Assembly (NCBI GenBank): GCA_963734495.1
Contig: CAVTHK010000013.1
Coordinates: 416,001-480,000 of the forward strand
Length of the DNA stretch: 64,000 nucleotides
Direction of reading: 5' to 3'
DNA from: an uncultured Spirochaetota bacterium
GTDB taxonomy: Bacteria; Spirochaetota; Spirochaetia; SZUA-6; CAVTHK01
Each line of letters starts with the position of its first letter. The first letter of the stretch is position 1. The notes under the pieces were generated by a model. That model was not told the origin of the DNA, did not search any database, and saw only the letters and a list, made by a program, of their open reading frames with translations. The translations under genes were made by a program, and so were the position numbers. Below are positions 50,988-60,945 of the stretch, one piece after another.

Positions 50988-51446
50988 TCACTTCCCCCTC
51001 TTCAGCGCGTAGAGCTGCCCCTCGTGCTCCGCGATCAGCTCGCTCGCGCGCGCCTCGACCAGGCGCCAGCCCGACTCGCCGGCGGAGACCGTGACGACTC
51101 TGCCTGTCTTCCGGTCCTTGTAGAAGAAGCGCTCCGCGCCGCCCGAGTCGGTGACGAAGCCGAGATAGGCCATCCAGTCGGCGGCGAGCGGCGCGGCCGC
51201 GGGCGCTCGAGGCGCGGCAGCCGGCCGCGCGGGACGCCACCCGAAGAGGACCGCGATCTGCTCGGGCGGCGCGGCCTCGGGCCGGGCCCCGCCGGGCGCG
51301 ACGGCGGCGGCGGGCGCCGGGGCCTGCGCGGCCGCCGCGCTTCCGGCCGGCTCCTGCCGCGCGGCCGGGAGCGCCAGCAGCACCGCGAGCGCGAGGACGG
51401 CCGCGACGGCCGCGATCTCCAGTGCCTGTCTCACCTGCTTGCTCAT
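50988..51446 (-). CDS. Hypothetical T2SS-associated protein (possibly PilP/GspC-like)
   Basis: N-terminal TM, Ala/Pro linker, small beta domain 'YLGFVTD...GWRLVE'. Confidence 0.5.
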   Translation of the reverse strand: MSKQVRQALEIAAVAAVLALAVLLALPAARQEPAGSAAAAQAPAPAAAVAPGGARPEAAPPEQIAVLFGWRPARPAAAPRAPAAAPLAADWMAYLGFVTDSGGAERFFYKDRKTGRVVTVSAGESGWRLVEARASELIAEHEGQLYALKRGK

Positions 51447-51552
51447 ACGCGACCCTGCTGCCAGGTCGTCTCCCGCTTTCCGCCCACAGCGTAGCGGACC
51501 GCCGCGTGCCGCGCAACCCGCCCGCCCGCGCCCTGTCCGCCCGCGCCCGCGC

Positions 51553-52119
51553 TCAGCCCCCGGGCTTGCCCGACAGCTCGTAGTGGATGCGCACCACGGC
51601 CTGCACCGACCCGTCGCCGCCCGCGGCCCGCATGGACAGCAGGCTCACCGACCACCACTTGGGCGCCTCGGACACGCGCTGCAGAAACCGCGCGACGGAG
51701 CGCGCCGAGCCGTCCACCGAAAACTCGAGCAGAGTGACGCTCCCCTGCTCCACTGTCTGGTAGCGGGAGATCGAGAGGCCCTCGGCCCGCAGGAGATCGC
51801 GGATCACGATCCCGAAGCGGTAGGGGTCGATCTCGTCAGGACCGTAGAGACGGCCGCGGGCATCCGCGATCCTGGCCTCGAGGTCCGACACGGAGGCCGC
51901 ACCCGGCGCCCCCGGGGCCCCCGCGGCCCCCGGGGCCGCGATCCCCGCCCCCCGGCCGAGGCGCGCCTCGAGCCCCGCGAGCTCGCGCCGCGCCAGCGTC
52001 ACCTGCTGCGCGAGCGCGGCGCGCCGCTGCGAGGCCAGGGTGACGGCGACGAAGCACCCGGCGACCGCCGCGCTCCAGAAGAGAGCGACCAGCAGCGCCT
52101 TCTCCCGCTTACTGAGCAC
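51553..52119 (-). CDS. GspM/PilO-like inner membrane platform protein
   Basis: 'LSKREKALL' followed by TM, coiled coil and 'FSVDGS...ARFL'; position in the operon. Confidence 0.6.
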   Translation of the reverse strand: MLSKREKALLVALFWSAAVAGCFVAVTLASQRRAALAQQVTLARRELAGLEARLGRGAGIAAPGAAGAPGAPGAASVSDLEARIADARGRLYGPDEIDPYRFGIVIRDLLRAEGLSISRYQTVEQGSVTLLEFSVDGSARSVARFLQRVSEAPKWWSVSLLSMRAAGGDGSVQAVVRIHYELSGKPGG

Positions 52120-53239
52120 GGAACGCCCCCGTGAGCCGGAACCGCTCCAGCCCCGCCTGGGAAGGAACGATCTGCAGCAGGCGCACTCCTTCGAACCACG
52201 GGTCCTCGCGCAGCCGGGCGACCAGCTCCAGAGCGGCGTGGCTTTCGCCTTCGACCTGGAAGAGCCGGCCGTCGACGATCAACGAGCCCACGCGCACCTC
52301 GGTGCCCAGCACGCGGCTGAGCTCGGAGAGCAGGCGGTACACGTCGACGGGCCGCCGCGCCTCGAGCGCGGCCCATTCGCGCGAGAGCTCGTCGAGCCGC
52401 TTCCTGTCCGAAGCGGCGCCGACCACGCGCGTCCGCAGCCCGGCGAGGCGGCTCTCGAGCGACGCGAGCGTGCTGCGCTCGCGGGCCGCCGAGCGGACGT
52501 AGAGGAGCGTCGCGAGCGCCAGGACCAGGAAGAGCAGGGCCTGGATGCGGAGGCCCCAGCGGGGCAGCCGGCTCTGCCTCCGCGGCTGGAACAGCGCGCT
52601 CGCCCGCATGCGGCCGCCGCCTGCGACCTCGTAGACGGCCGCGCCGGGCAGCGCCTCGCGCGCGCGCTCCGCCTCGGCGCGCGGCGCGAGCACCCGCACG
52701 GGCATCTCGCCCGCCGCGAGCGAATCGAGCGCCGACGCGAGGTCCCGCGCGAGCGAGTCGCCGCGGGGGAACACGAGCGAGCGCGCTTCGGGCCGCGCCT
52801 TCCGGCCGGGCAGCGCGAGCGCCTCGATCCATTCCGGGGCCACGAAGAGAAAGGCGCCTCCCTCCCTGAGCAGGGCGGGCACCGTGGCCTCGATGAGGCT
52901 CAGGGGAAGCGCGAGCGGGCGCCCGAGCGCGCGGTAGCGCTCGAGGAGCTCGCGGCGCGTCGCGAAGACCGCTGCCTTCGCGACGCCGCCCGCGCGCAGC
53001 AGCCTGTAGTCGAACGCCGTCTCCTCGGCCGGAGCGGGAAAGAGGCCGCGCACGCGGTAGCCGAGGTAGTCGCGGGCGTGCTCCTCGGCGCTGCGCGGCA
53101 CGTCTATGAACGCGACGAGAAAGTCCGACCTCTGCATGAGCACGACGGAGTCGCCGGCGTCCGCGCCGTCAGGGCACTCGAGAGCGTAGGTCTGCCCGTC
53201 CCGGCGGGCGTAGCACAACCCTGTTAAGGCGCCGACCAC
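52109..53239 (-). CDS. GspL/PilN-like protein
   Basis: Cytoplasmic domain 'FPAPAEETAFDY', TM, coiled coil, 'LLSELSRVL', 'VEGES'. Confidence 0.6.
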   Translation of the reverse strand: MVGALTGLCYARRDGQTYALECPDGADAGDSVVLMQRSDFLVAFIDVPRSAEEHARDYLGYRVRGLFPAPAEETAFDYRLLRAGGVAKAAVFATRRELLERYRALGRPLALPLSLIEATVPALLREGGAFLFVAPEWIEALALPGRKARPEARSLVFPRGDSLARDLASALDSLAAGEMPVRVLAPRAEAERAREALPGAAVYEVAGGGRMRASALFQPRRQSRLPRWGLRIQALLFLVLALATLLYVRSAARERSTLASLESRLAGLRTRVVGAASDRKRLDELSREWAALEARRPVDVYRLLSELSRVLGTEVRVGSLIVDGRLFQVEGESHAALELVARLREDPWFEGVRLLQIVPSQAGLERFRLTGAFRAQ

Positions 53240-54289
53240 AGCTCCTCCACGATGCGCAGGCGAGCTTCCCGCGCGGCCGCCTTGGGCCGGTCCGGCTCGC
53301 GGGCGAGCACCCACTCGAGCTCGAGCGAGGGACCCTTGACCGCGACTCGCCAGAACCAGGTCCGCACGCCCAGGTAGTGGGCGAGCGGCGTCTTGACCGC
53401 GGCGTCGCCGAGCAGCGCTTTCAGCCGCTCCGCGTCGAGCTCGTGAGCCGCGCGCTCGACCAGGATCTGCTCGCCCACCGCGTTGCCGAGATTGTACTGG
53501 GCGATCAACGCCTCCACAACCCGCTGGGGGACGAAGTGCACGTTCATCGCGGGCCCGGCGCCGATGACGGGCGTGAGCTGCGCGTACGCGGGGCCGAGGA
53601 AGTCGGCGATGTCGTCCGGCCCTATCAGGTGAAGGGGTGCATCCTGCGTCTTCCTGATCCTCGCCTGCTGGACCTTGCCTCGCAGGTCCTCCGCCAGGGC
53701 GAGGTCGCCTGTGCGGGCGAACGCCGCTTTGCGCAGCGCGAACTCGTCGGCGACGTTGACGTTGAGCCACCCCCACGTCGTGAAGAGCGCGTCCAGGTTC
53801 TGCGGCGAAACAAAGCGCTCCCAGGCCGCGGGGTCGAGATGAAGGCCGGTGTCCTCGCGGTATTGCTGCACGTCCTGCGGCGCGACGCCGGGATTCAGCA
53901 CCTCGAGCCGCGCGAGAAGGTCCTTGCTGCACCCAGTTGATCCCGAGACGGCTCGAGAGGTCTTCGAGCACGACGGAGTATCCCGGCGGCGCCTGGCTCA
54001 GGCGGATCTCCGCGCCGCTTCCCCTGCCCGCCGGCAGGGTCCCCGACCATACGGGATCGAACGGCGAGTCGGCCTCGGGCGTCGGGTCGTCGAGCAGCAG
54101 CGCCACGGCCGCGGAGGCAAGCTCCGTGAGCCGCGCCTGCTCCGCGTCGCGCCTGCGGCCGCGGCCCAGCTCGGCGGAGCTCAGCTCCACGAAAGCGGCC
54201 GCGGCCACGAACAGCGCGCTCAGCAGGGCGAGCACGGCGAGCACCATGGCCGAGGCGGCCCCCGACTCGCGGTCCCCCCGGCCGCTCAC
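53224..54289 (-). CDS. gspK: GspK-like minor pseudopilin, frameshift near 53925
   Basis: 'RESG|AASAMVLAVLALL', 'DSPFDPVW', 'LEDLSSRLGINW', 'TWGWLNVNVA'. Confidence 0.7.
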
Positions 54290-54796
54290 GGAGAGTCTCC
54301 CGCGGGAACGGCGCGCGAGCCGATGCGGGCCCGGAGCTCGACCGGGTCGCTCCGCTCGAAGACCCGCACGATCGCCCTGACGCCCCAGAGCTGCCCGTCG
54401 TCGAACACGGGCTCCACGGAGGCCTGCGCGAACGGGCCGAGGCGCCGGACCGCGGTGTCGTCGCTGGCCGTGTCCAGCACGATCCATCCGTCGGAAACGA
54501 CGATGCGCAGCGAGCGCGACTCTTCGCCGCCCCGGTACGGAAGGATGAAGCCCCCGTCGGCGGCGCCCGCCTCGACGTGCCCGACCCAGTAGGGAATGCG
54601 GATCCCGCCGACGGCCCGCCGCAGCGCCGCATCCGCCTGCAGCAGGCGCACGGCCGCGGCCGCCCGCGCGCTGACGGCGCCCGACGCCCTGCGGCCGCCG
54701 GCCGCGGCCTCCACCGCGACCAGCCCGACGAGGGCGAGCAGCAGGAGGGCCACCATCACTTCGATCGTGGAAAAAGCCGCCGGCGCCGCGCCGCAT
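54286..54796 (-). CDS. Minor pseudopilin (GspJ-like), frameshift in the A-run near 54771-54775
   Basis: Corrected N-terminus 'GG|FSTIEVMVALLLLAL' matches a prepilin motif. Confidence 0.65.
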
Positions 54797-54807
54797 GGGC
54801 CGTGCTC

Positions 54808-55017
54808 CTACCGCGCGCCGCCGAAGAGGGCCGGCCGCGCGGCCGCCCGCTCGTTGCGGCCCTGCACGAGCGCGAGCGCCTGCTCCCAGCGCCGTCCCGC
54901 GTGCGCGCCGCGAGCGCGAGCCCGCCGAGCGCGGCGGTCAGCGCCAGCGTCCCTATGAGGAGCGCGACGAGGGCGTCGAGAAAGATCGATCCGCCGTCGC
55001 GCGGACGACGCCGGCGC
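54808..55017 (-). CDS. Short minor pseudopilin (GspI-like), frameshifted, start unclear
   Basis: 'DGG|SIFLDALVALLIGTLAL' degenerate prepilin motif; lies between gspG and the GspJ-like gene. Confidence 0.45.
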   Translation of the reverse strand, partial: APASSARRRIDLSRRPRRAPHRDAGADRRARRARARGAHAGRRWEQALALVQGRNERAAARPALFGGAR

Positions 55018-55503
55018 TCAGTTCTGCCAGGAGACCACATCGGCCGCGTCCCCTTCGCCGCCTTCGGCCCCGTCCGACCCGAGCGAGATGATCGCAAACG
55101 GGAGGTTATTCGGTCCGGGGCTCCGATACTGGTAGTCGCGGCCCCACGGGTCCCTGGGGACCTCCTTGGTGAGGTATGGCCCCTCCCAGCCGCGCGGCAC
55201 GGGCTCGAGGATCGGCTTTTCCCAGAGGGCCTTGAGGCCCTGCTCCGTCGTCGGGTAGCCGGTGCAGTCCAGGTAGTAGGAGCCGAGCGCCAGCTCGAAG
55301 ACGTGGATCTGGTCCTTCGCCGCCACGACGCGGGCCCGCGAGACGTAGCGGAAATAGACGAAGCCCGCGGATCCGAGCAGGATGAAGACGATCATCATCG
55401 CGACCAGGATCTCGATAAAGGTAAAGCCCCCCTCGCCCGCATGTCGCGCGCGCTTCGCGGCCGCGCCGGCGGCCCCGGCCTTCCTCGTCCATTTGATTCT
55501 CAT
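55018..55503 (-). CDS. gspG: Type II secretion major pseudopilin
   Basis: 'G|FTFIEILVAM', 'YPTTEQGLKAL', 'WEGPYL', 'DPWGRDYQY', 'SLGSDG'. Confidence 0.95.
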   Translation of the reverse strand: MRIKWTRKAGAAGAAAKRARHAGEGGFTFIEILVAMMIVFILLGSAGFVYFRYVSRARVVAAKDQIHVFELALGSYYLDCTGYPTTEQGLKALWEKPILEPVPRGWEGPYLTKEVPRDPWGRDYQYRSPGPNNLPFAIISLGSDGAEGGEGDAADVVSWQN

Positions 55504-55505
55504 GT

Positions 55506-56714
55506 TCACAGCAGACTCCCGTAGAGCGAGAACAAAGGCACCACGAAGACCAGCACCAGGGCGATGATCATCGCGCCGACGGCCAGGATCAGCACGGGCT
55601 CGGCCAGGTTCATGAGGCGCTCCGACCACTTTTCGGTCTCGGCCTCGTAGTAGAGGCGCAGCTGGTGGAAGACCTCCTGCACCGCGCCCGTGCGCTCGCT
55701 GATGCCGACCCAGCGCACGAGGCGCTCGGGCAGCTCCGTCTCCGCCTCGAAGGCGCGCGCGAGCGGCTCGCCCTTGAGCACGCGCTCGCGGGCGCGGAGG
55801 ATGCCGCCGCGCAGCCAGCGGTTCCCGACGACGGCGGCCGCTTCGCTCATCGCCTCCTCGACCGCGAACCCGCCCGCGACCAGCGTCTCCATGGCGAACA
55901 CGAAGGTCAGGCTCTCATTGTGGCGGATGATGGAGCCGATCCCGGGGATGCGCAGGGCGGCGCGGTCCAGGGCGGAGGCGACCGCTTCGGACCGCGCCCG
56001 CGCGGCCGCGAGCACCGGGATCGCGAGAACCGCGGTCGCGAGGACGGAGAACAGCGCGGCCAGGAGCCCGCGGAACAGCCGCGCCCTGTCGGCGATCGTG
56101 GAGGGGATCGCGGTCCCGAGCTCGCGGAAGAGGTCCTGCGCCTTGGGCAGCACGAAGAACGTGATGCCCGCGATGCCGCAGAACGCCACGACCAGCACGA
56201 CCGCCGGGTACAGCAAGGCGCTCGTGATCCGGTCGCGCAGGCGCTTCTGCCGGCCCATGTACTCCGCGAGCCTGCGGAACGAGCCCTCGAGCGAGCCGAC
56301 CCGCTCGCCGATGCGCACGAAGCCCGCGAAGAGCGCGGGGAAGCTTCCGGCCAGCCGCTGCATCGCGTCGATCACGGAGCTCCCGCGCTCGAGCTCCTCG
56401 AGGAGGCTCACGACCATGCGGTTGACTTCGCCGCCGGGATACACGGTCTGGGCAATCGTGAGGGCGTCGCGCAGCGTGAGCCCCGACGCGAGCAGCAGCG
56501 CCATCGCGCCCGACAGCTCCTGCACCGAGCGCGAGGAGTACCGCCGCCTGCGACGCGGCGCGGCCGCGCCGCCGTCCGCCGCGGGGCGGATGCTGATCGG
56601 GGAGAGCGAGTCGCCGGCGAGCTGACGCAGCAACGCGTCCTCGGACGCGGCCTCGCGCACCATCTCGCTCGAGCGGCCGCGGGCGTCGACCACGCGGCAC
56701 TGGTAGACAGGCAT
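55506..56714 (-). CDS. gspF: Type II secretion inner membrane protein F
   Basis: 'LLASGLTL', 'GERVGSL', 'SALLYP', 'SERTG', 'LAEPVLI'. Confidence 0.92.
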   Translation of the reverse strand: MPVYQCRVVDARGRSSEMVREAASEDALLRQLAGDSLSPISIRPAADGGAAAPRRRRRYSSRSVQELSGAMALLLASGLTLRDALTIAQTVYPGGEVNRMVVSLLEELERGSSVIDAMQRLAGSFPALFAGFVRIGERVGSLEGSFRRLAEYMGRQKRLRDRITSALLYPAVVLVVAFCGIAGITFFVLPKAQDLFRELGTAIPSTIADRARLFRGLLAALFSVLATAVLAIPVLAAARARSEAVASALDRAALRIPGIGSIIRHNESLTFVFAMETLVAGGFAVEEAMSEAAAVVGNRWLRGGILRARERVLKGEPLARAFEAETELPERLVRWVGISERTGAVQEVFHQLRLYYEAETEKWSERLMNLAEPVLILAVGAMIIALVLVFVVPLFSLYGSLL

Positions 56715-58312
56715 CAGACCGCCACCGCGCGCTCGACTTCTTCGATCGTCGTCAGGCCCGCCTGGCACTTGGCGAGGCCGTCGACGATCAGCGGCGCGAG
56801 GCCCTGGGCCACCGCGTGCGAGCGCAGCTCCGACTCCCGCTCGCCCCTCACGGCGAGCTCCTCCAGTGCCGCGTCCATCTCCAGCAGCTCGAACAGCCCC
56901 AGGCGGCCGGAGTAGCCGCTCTCGCCGCATTCTCTGCAGCCGGGCGCGTCCCACAGCGTGCCGGGTTTGAGGCCCCAGTGCGCGAGGAGCGCGCTTTCGG
57001 CGGCGCCCGGCTTGCGCCGCTTGCGGCATGCGGGGCAGAGGCGCCGCACCAGCCGCTGCGCCACGACCCCGCGCAGGACCGCGGCGATCAGGTAGGGCTC
57101 CACGCCCATGTTGACCAGGCGCGTGATCGCGGAGACCGAGTCGCGGGTGTGCAGCGTCGAGAGCACGAGGTGCCCCGTGAGCGCGGCCCGGATCGCCAGC
57201 TCCGCGGTCGCCGTGTCGCGGATCTCGCCGACCATGATCACGTCGGGGTCCTGGCGCAGCACGCGGCGCAGGATCGTCTCGAAGTTGAGCCCGATCCTCT
57301 CGTTGGTCTGGATCTGGTCGATCCCGTCGGTGACGTACTCCACCGGGTCCTCGATCGTGATGATCTTGAGCGCGTCGGTGCGCACTTCCCGGAGGACCGC
57401 GTTCAGCGTCGTCGTCTTGCCGCTGCCGGTCGGCCCGGTGACGAGCACGAGACCGTTGGGCATCGTCGCCAGGCGGCGGAAGCGCGCTATGCCCTTTGGC
57501 TCCAGCCCCAGCTCCTCGAGACCGAGAGGCGCGCGCTTGGTCGGGAAGAGCCGCAGCACGATCGACTCGCCGGCCGAGATCGGCACGATCGAGACGCGCA
57601 CGTCGACGATGTCCTCGTCGAGGTGCACGGTGAGCCGGCCGTCCTGCGGCAGGCGCCGCTCCATGATGTTGAGGTTCGCCATGATCTTGATGCGGCTCGA
57701 GACCGCGGCGAAGCGCTCGGGCTCGAGGCGATGCACCGTCTTGAGGCGGCCGTCGACGCGGTAGCGCACGACGGTCGCTTCGGAGAAGCCCTCGATGTGG
57801 ATGTCCGAAGCGCGGGCGCGGATGCCGTCGATCACCAGGCTGTTGACGAGATTGACGACCGGGGCGTCGTTGGCGATGCGGTCGAGCACGATCTTGTCGT
57901 CGGCCGCGGCGCCGGTCGCGGCCGCGCCGTCGATGCCGGAGAGCAGGCCGCCGAGGTAGCTCGCGAGCTCGCTGCGGTCGATCTCGTGGAAGCGCACCTC
58001 CTTGTCGTGAAAGGCGCGCAGCCCTTCCATGAGCTCGCTGCGGCTCGCATCGCACAGCCCGATGTGCACCACCTCGTCGGTCTCTCGCAGCTTGATGACG
58101 CCGTTGGCCTCCACGTACTCGAGCGGGTACTGCGTACGGCCGTCGGGGAGCGGGCGGTAGTCGGCCAGCGTGGCGCGCGGCAGCGCGGCCGCGGGCCGGG
58201 CGGGGCCGGACGCGGCGGCCGCCTCGGGGCCGTCGTCCGGGCCGCCGTCGGAGCGGGGCTCCGGGTCCGCGGCGGCGCCGGCGGGGCGGCGGCCTTCTTC
58301 ACCTCGACTCAT
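56714..58312 (-). CDS. gspE: Type II secretion ATPase
   Basis: 'ASDIHIE', 'RLPQDGR', 'GPTGSGKTT', 'LRQDPDVIMVGEIRD', tetracysteine CPAC...CREC. Confidence 0.96.
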   Translation of the reverse strand: MSRGEEGRRPAGAAADPEPRSDGGPDDGPEAAAASGPARPAAALPRATLADYRPLPDGRTQYPLEYVEANGVIKLRETDEVVHIGLCDASRSELMEGLRAFHDKEVRFHEIDRSELASYLGGLLSGIDGAAATGAAADDKIVLDRIANDAPVVNLVNSLVIDGIRARASDIHIEGFSEATVVRYRVDGRLKTVHRLEPERFAAVSSRIKIMANLNIMERRLPQDGRLTVHLDEDIVDVRVSIVPISAGESIVLRLFPTKRAPLGLEELGLEPKGIARFRRLATMPNGLVLVTGPTGSGKTTTLNAVLREVRTDALKIITIEDPVEYVTDGIDQIQTNERIGLNFETILRRVLRQDPDVIMVGEIRDTATAELAIRAALTGHLVLSTLHTRDSVSAITRLVNMGVEPYLIAAVLRGVVAQRLVRRLCPACRKRRKPGAAESALLAHWGLKPGTLWDAPGCRECGESGYSGRLGLFELLEMDAALEELAVRGERESELRSHAVAQGLAPLIVDGLAKCQAGLTTIEEVERAVAV

Positions 58313-60543
58313 CCGAGAGTCCCTCTGACCAGGCGGCGATAGAGCCTGTCGATGCGCGCGGCCTCGTCCGGCTGCGCCGCGGGGGCGTACTCGATGTGCG
58401 GCACGATGTAGATCACGAGCTCCATGTTGTCGACGCTCTCCTTTTTGCCGCGGAAGAGCAGCCCGAGGAGCGGGATGTCGCCGAGCACCGGCACGCGCGA
58501 CTCGGTCAGGGTCTTCTCCTGGCGCATGAGCCCGCCGATGACCACGGGCTTGCCGCCGGGCGTGCGCACGCGCGTCGTCACGACGTTCTCGCTCGTGGGC
58601 GGGAGCGTGCCGACCGTTCCGGAGGTGTCGGTCCCCTGCTTGGAGACCGTGGCGCTCACGTCCATCGTGATCATGCCGTCGCCCGACACCCATCCCTTGA
58701 CGCTGAAGATGAGGCCCGCGCTGATCTCGCGCGAGACGCCGGTGTAGGTCACCTTGCCGTCGGCCTGCACCTCGGGCTCGCGGTAGCGGAACGTGTCCGT
58801 GTTCTGGAACTTGACCTCCTGGTTGGCCGTCCCGATCAGCGTAGTGTCGGCCATCGTGCGCGCGGTGTTGCGGCTGAGATCGAGGCTCAGCCTGACGGCC
58901 ATCTGGTAGCCGAGGGCGCCCACCGCGTCGAAGTTCAGGTTCAGGAGCTGCCCCATCGTGCCCACGACCGCGCCGTCCTCGCCCCAGGCGCTCGGCGTCA
59001 CGGTGTAGCGCGCGCCGGTGGAGTCGCCCCAGGTCACGCCTTCGCCCTTCTGGTGCTGGAGCACCAGGAACTGGTAGCGGAGCTGCGGGACCGGGACGTC
59101 GAGCATCCTCACTTCCTCGAGAAAGGCAGCCATCCGCTGCGCGCCGCCCCTCACGAACACGAGGGTCGGGTCGCCGCTCGGTACGACGTCTTCCTTGGCT
59201 ACGGACGGAGGAAGCGCCTTGATAAAGTCCTCCGCCCGCACGTACTTCAGGCGCACGGGCGTGATGGGGTCGCCGCGGTCGACGAGCTCGAGGTAGCGGG
59301 CAAAGGAGTCCCGCCGCTCGGGCGGCAGCGCGATCACGAACGAGCGCGCGCCAGGCACGACGACGATGTCGACCTGGGCGAACTCGGGCGGCAGCGCCGC
59401 CTTGATGTTCTTGAGGTCGAGGTAGTCGACGTTGAAGAGGTAGTACTGCAGCCCGCGCAGGGGCACGTCGATCGAACGGATGAAGTCCTCGATCGGGGCG
59501 ATCTCCTCGACGCTCCCGTTCAGGATGATCGCGTTGCCCGCCGCGTCGAGCTTGAACAGCCGGCTGTCGAGCAGCGCCGCAGGGAGCAGGTTGGGGAGCT
59601 CGCGCGCGGTGACGTACGTGAGCTGCATGCGCTCGGTGGTCTTGAGCTTCTTGAGCACGTCGCGCTGCTGGATCTCGAAGATGTAGTAGATGTCGTTGAG
59701 GCGCGCGAAGTCCGCGCCCGCCTGCTCGAGCAGCAGGCGCAGGAGGTCCTCGAAGCCCTTGCCCTGGAAGCGCATGCTCTCTATGAGCGTGTCGCGCGAC
59801 ATGAACAGCGAGTACTCGCGTCCCGCCTTGAGGAACAGCTCGGGCAGGAGGTCCAGGAAACGCGCCTTCTGCGCGTTGATCGAGTAGCGGTCGCCGTCGC
59901 GGCGGATCGTCTCGAGCCGGGCCTGGCCCGGGGCCTGGCCGGGCAGCGCCGCCGCCACCCTCGCCTCGCGCTTCACGTAGAAGAAGCTCGCGTCCGCCTC
60001 CACCTTGTAGTCGGGGAAGCGGCGCAGCAGGATCTCCAGCAGCTTCTCGGGCGTGACCGCGTCGGCGTGGATCGTCAGGCGGTCGCCCGGCAGGGGGTCG
60101 AAGAGGATCGTGCGGCCAATGGCGCGCGACGCGGCCCGGATCAGCAGCGGGATCTCCACATCCTCGGCGTGCATCGTGATGAGACCGCGGTCCGCGTCCC
60201 AGTCCGCCCTGATGCGCGAGACGTAGTACACGTTGCCTTCCCGCCGCGCGTAGATCTTGTAGGTATCGAGGAAGAGCCGCAGCGCCGTGTCGAAGTCGGT
60301 CTCGGCGAAGTAGTAGCTCGCGTCGCCCCTCACCGTCTCGTCCGGCACCATCGAACGTCCCGACACCTGCGCGAGCGCGAGCAGGATGTCGGTGATCGGC
60401 TGGTTGGTGAAGCGCATCTCCTTGATGCGCGCCGGCGTCTCGGGCGGGCCGCCCTGCGGCGCCTGCGCCGCGAGGCTCGCGCACGCGGCGAGGAGCGCGA
60501 GGGCGCAGAGTGAGAATCGCGTGTGGATGCAGGGCTGTTTCAT
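58309..60543 (-). CDS. gspD: Secretin (type II secretion protein D)
   Basis: Signal peptide, N domains, 'LDVPVPQL', 'PVVIGGLM', 'VPVLGDIPLLGLLFR', 'ELVIYIVPHI'. Confidence 0.9.
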   Translation of the reverse strand: MKQPCIHTRFSLCALALLAACASLAAQAPQGGPPETPARIKEMRFTNQPITDILLALAQVSGRSMVPDETVRGDASYYFAETDFDTALRLFLDTYKIYARREGNVYYVSRIRADWDADRGLITMHAEDVEIPLLIRAASRAIGRTILFDPLPGDRLTIHADAVTPEKLLEILLRRFPDYKVEADASFFYVKREARVAAALPGQAPGQARLETIRRDGDRYSINAQKARFLDLLPELFLKAGREYSLFMSRDTLIESMRFQGKGFEDLLRLLLEQAGADFARLNDIYYIFEIQQRDVLKKLKTTERMQLTYVTARELPNLLPAALLDSRLFKLDAAGNAIILNGSVEEIAPIEDFIRSIDVPLRGLQYYLFNVDYLDLKNIKAALPPEFAQVDIVVVPGARSFVIALPPERRDSFARYLELVDRGDPITPVRLKYVRAEDFIKALPPSVAKEDVVPSGDPTLVFVRGGAQRMAAFLEEVRMLDVPVPQLRYQFLVLQHQKGEGVTWGDSTGARYTVTPSAWGEDGAVVGTMGQLLNLNFDAVGALGYQMAVRLSLDLSRNTARTMADTTLIGTANQEVKFQNTDTFRYREPEVQADGKVTYTGVSREISAGLIFSVKGWVSGDGMITMDVSATVSKQGTDTSGTVGTLPPTSENVVTTRVRTPGGKPVVIGGLMRQEKTLTESRVPVLGDIPLLGLLFRGKKESVDNMELVIYIVPHIEYAPAAQPDEAARIDRLYRRLVRGTLG

Positions 60544-60588
60544 AGGGCAGTCAGGCGATATTGTACACGAGGCGGGCCGCGCCGACCA

Positions 60589-60641
60589 GTCGTTTTGGCG
60601 GCGTCGTCGTCTTGGCGGCGCGCGTCGTCCTGGCGGCGCGC
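60589..60641. repeat. Three imperfect 17-18 bp direct repeats (GTCGTYYTGGCGGCG core) upstream of gspD
   Basis: Units at 60589-60605, 60606-60623 and 60624-60641. Confidence 0.75.
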
Positions 60642-60660
60642 GGCCGCGCGGCGCCGCCGC

Positions 60661-60945
60661 TCAGCGCCCGCTCAGCAGATCCGCAACACGATCCACGAGG
60701 CCGCGGGCCGGGGCGCCGGCCTCGCGCGCGTCCGACTCGAAGAAGGCCGCTTCCGGGGTGATGTCGGGAAGACCATTCGGGCAGCGGGTGGGAACGTAGA
60801 GGCGATCCAGCCGGCCCGCAGCCTCGCGCAGGTCACGGAGGGCCTCGTAGCTCTTCTGGTCAAGGCCCGCGAGGTCGTCGACCAGTTGAAGGATGGAGTG
60901 GCCCCAAGGGTCCCCGTCCCGGCCGTACCACAAGCCGACGGATTT
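60661..60945 (-). pseudogene. HEPN-domain protein, N-terminally truncated remnant
   Basis: 'LWYGRDGDPWGHSILQL', 'LDRLYVPTRCPNGLP' (family consensus TRYP); the N-terminal helices are not recognisable. Confidence 0.65.

Noticed and set aside
1-55017. Mass pseudogenisation or programmed frameshifting suggested by many broken reading frames
   Set aside because: Single-base indels hit conserved genes such as ychF, all motifs remain intact across frames, and I saw no accumulation of in-frame stops. This fits long-read consensus error and can be checked by read polishing.
24956-60484. Very long Arg/Ala/Pro-rich ORFs and N-terminal extensions in the ORF track (for example 33960-36776, 46014-48518, and the 5' parts of 24956-27994 and 56714-60484)
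   Set aside because: These are shadow ORFs in alternative or antisense frames of real genes, expected at this GC content.
60589-60641. CRISPR mini-array
   Set aside because: The repeats abut without spacers, are too short, and no cas genes are present.
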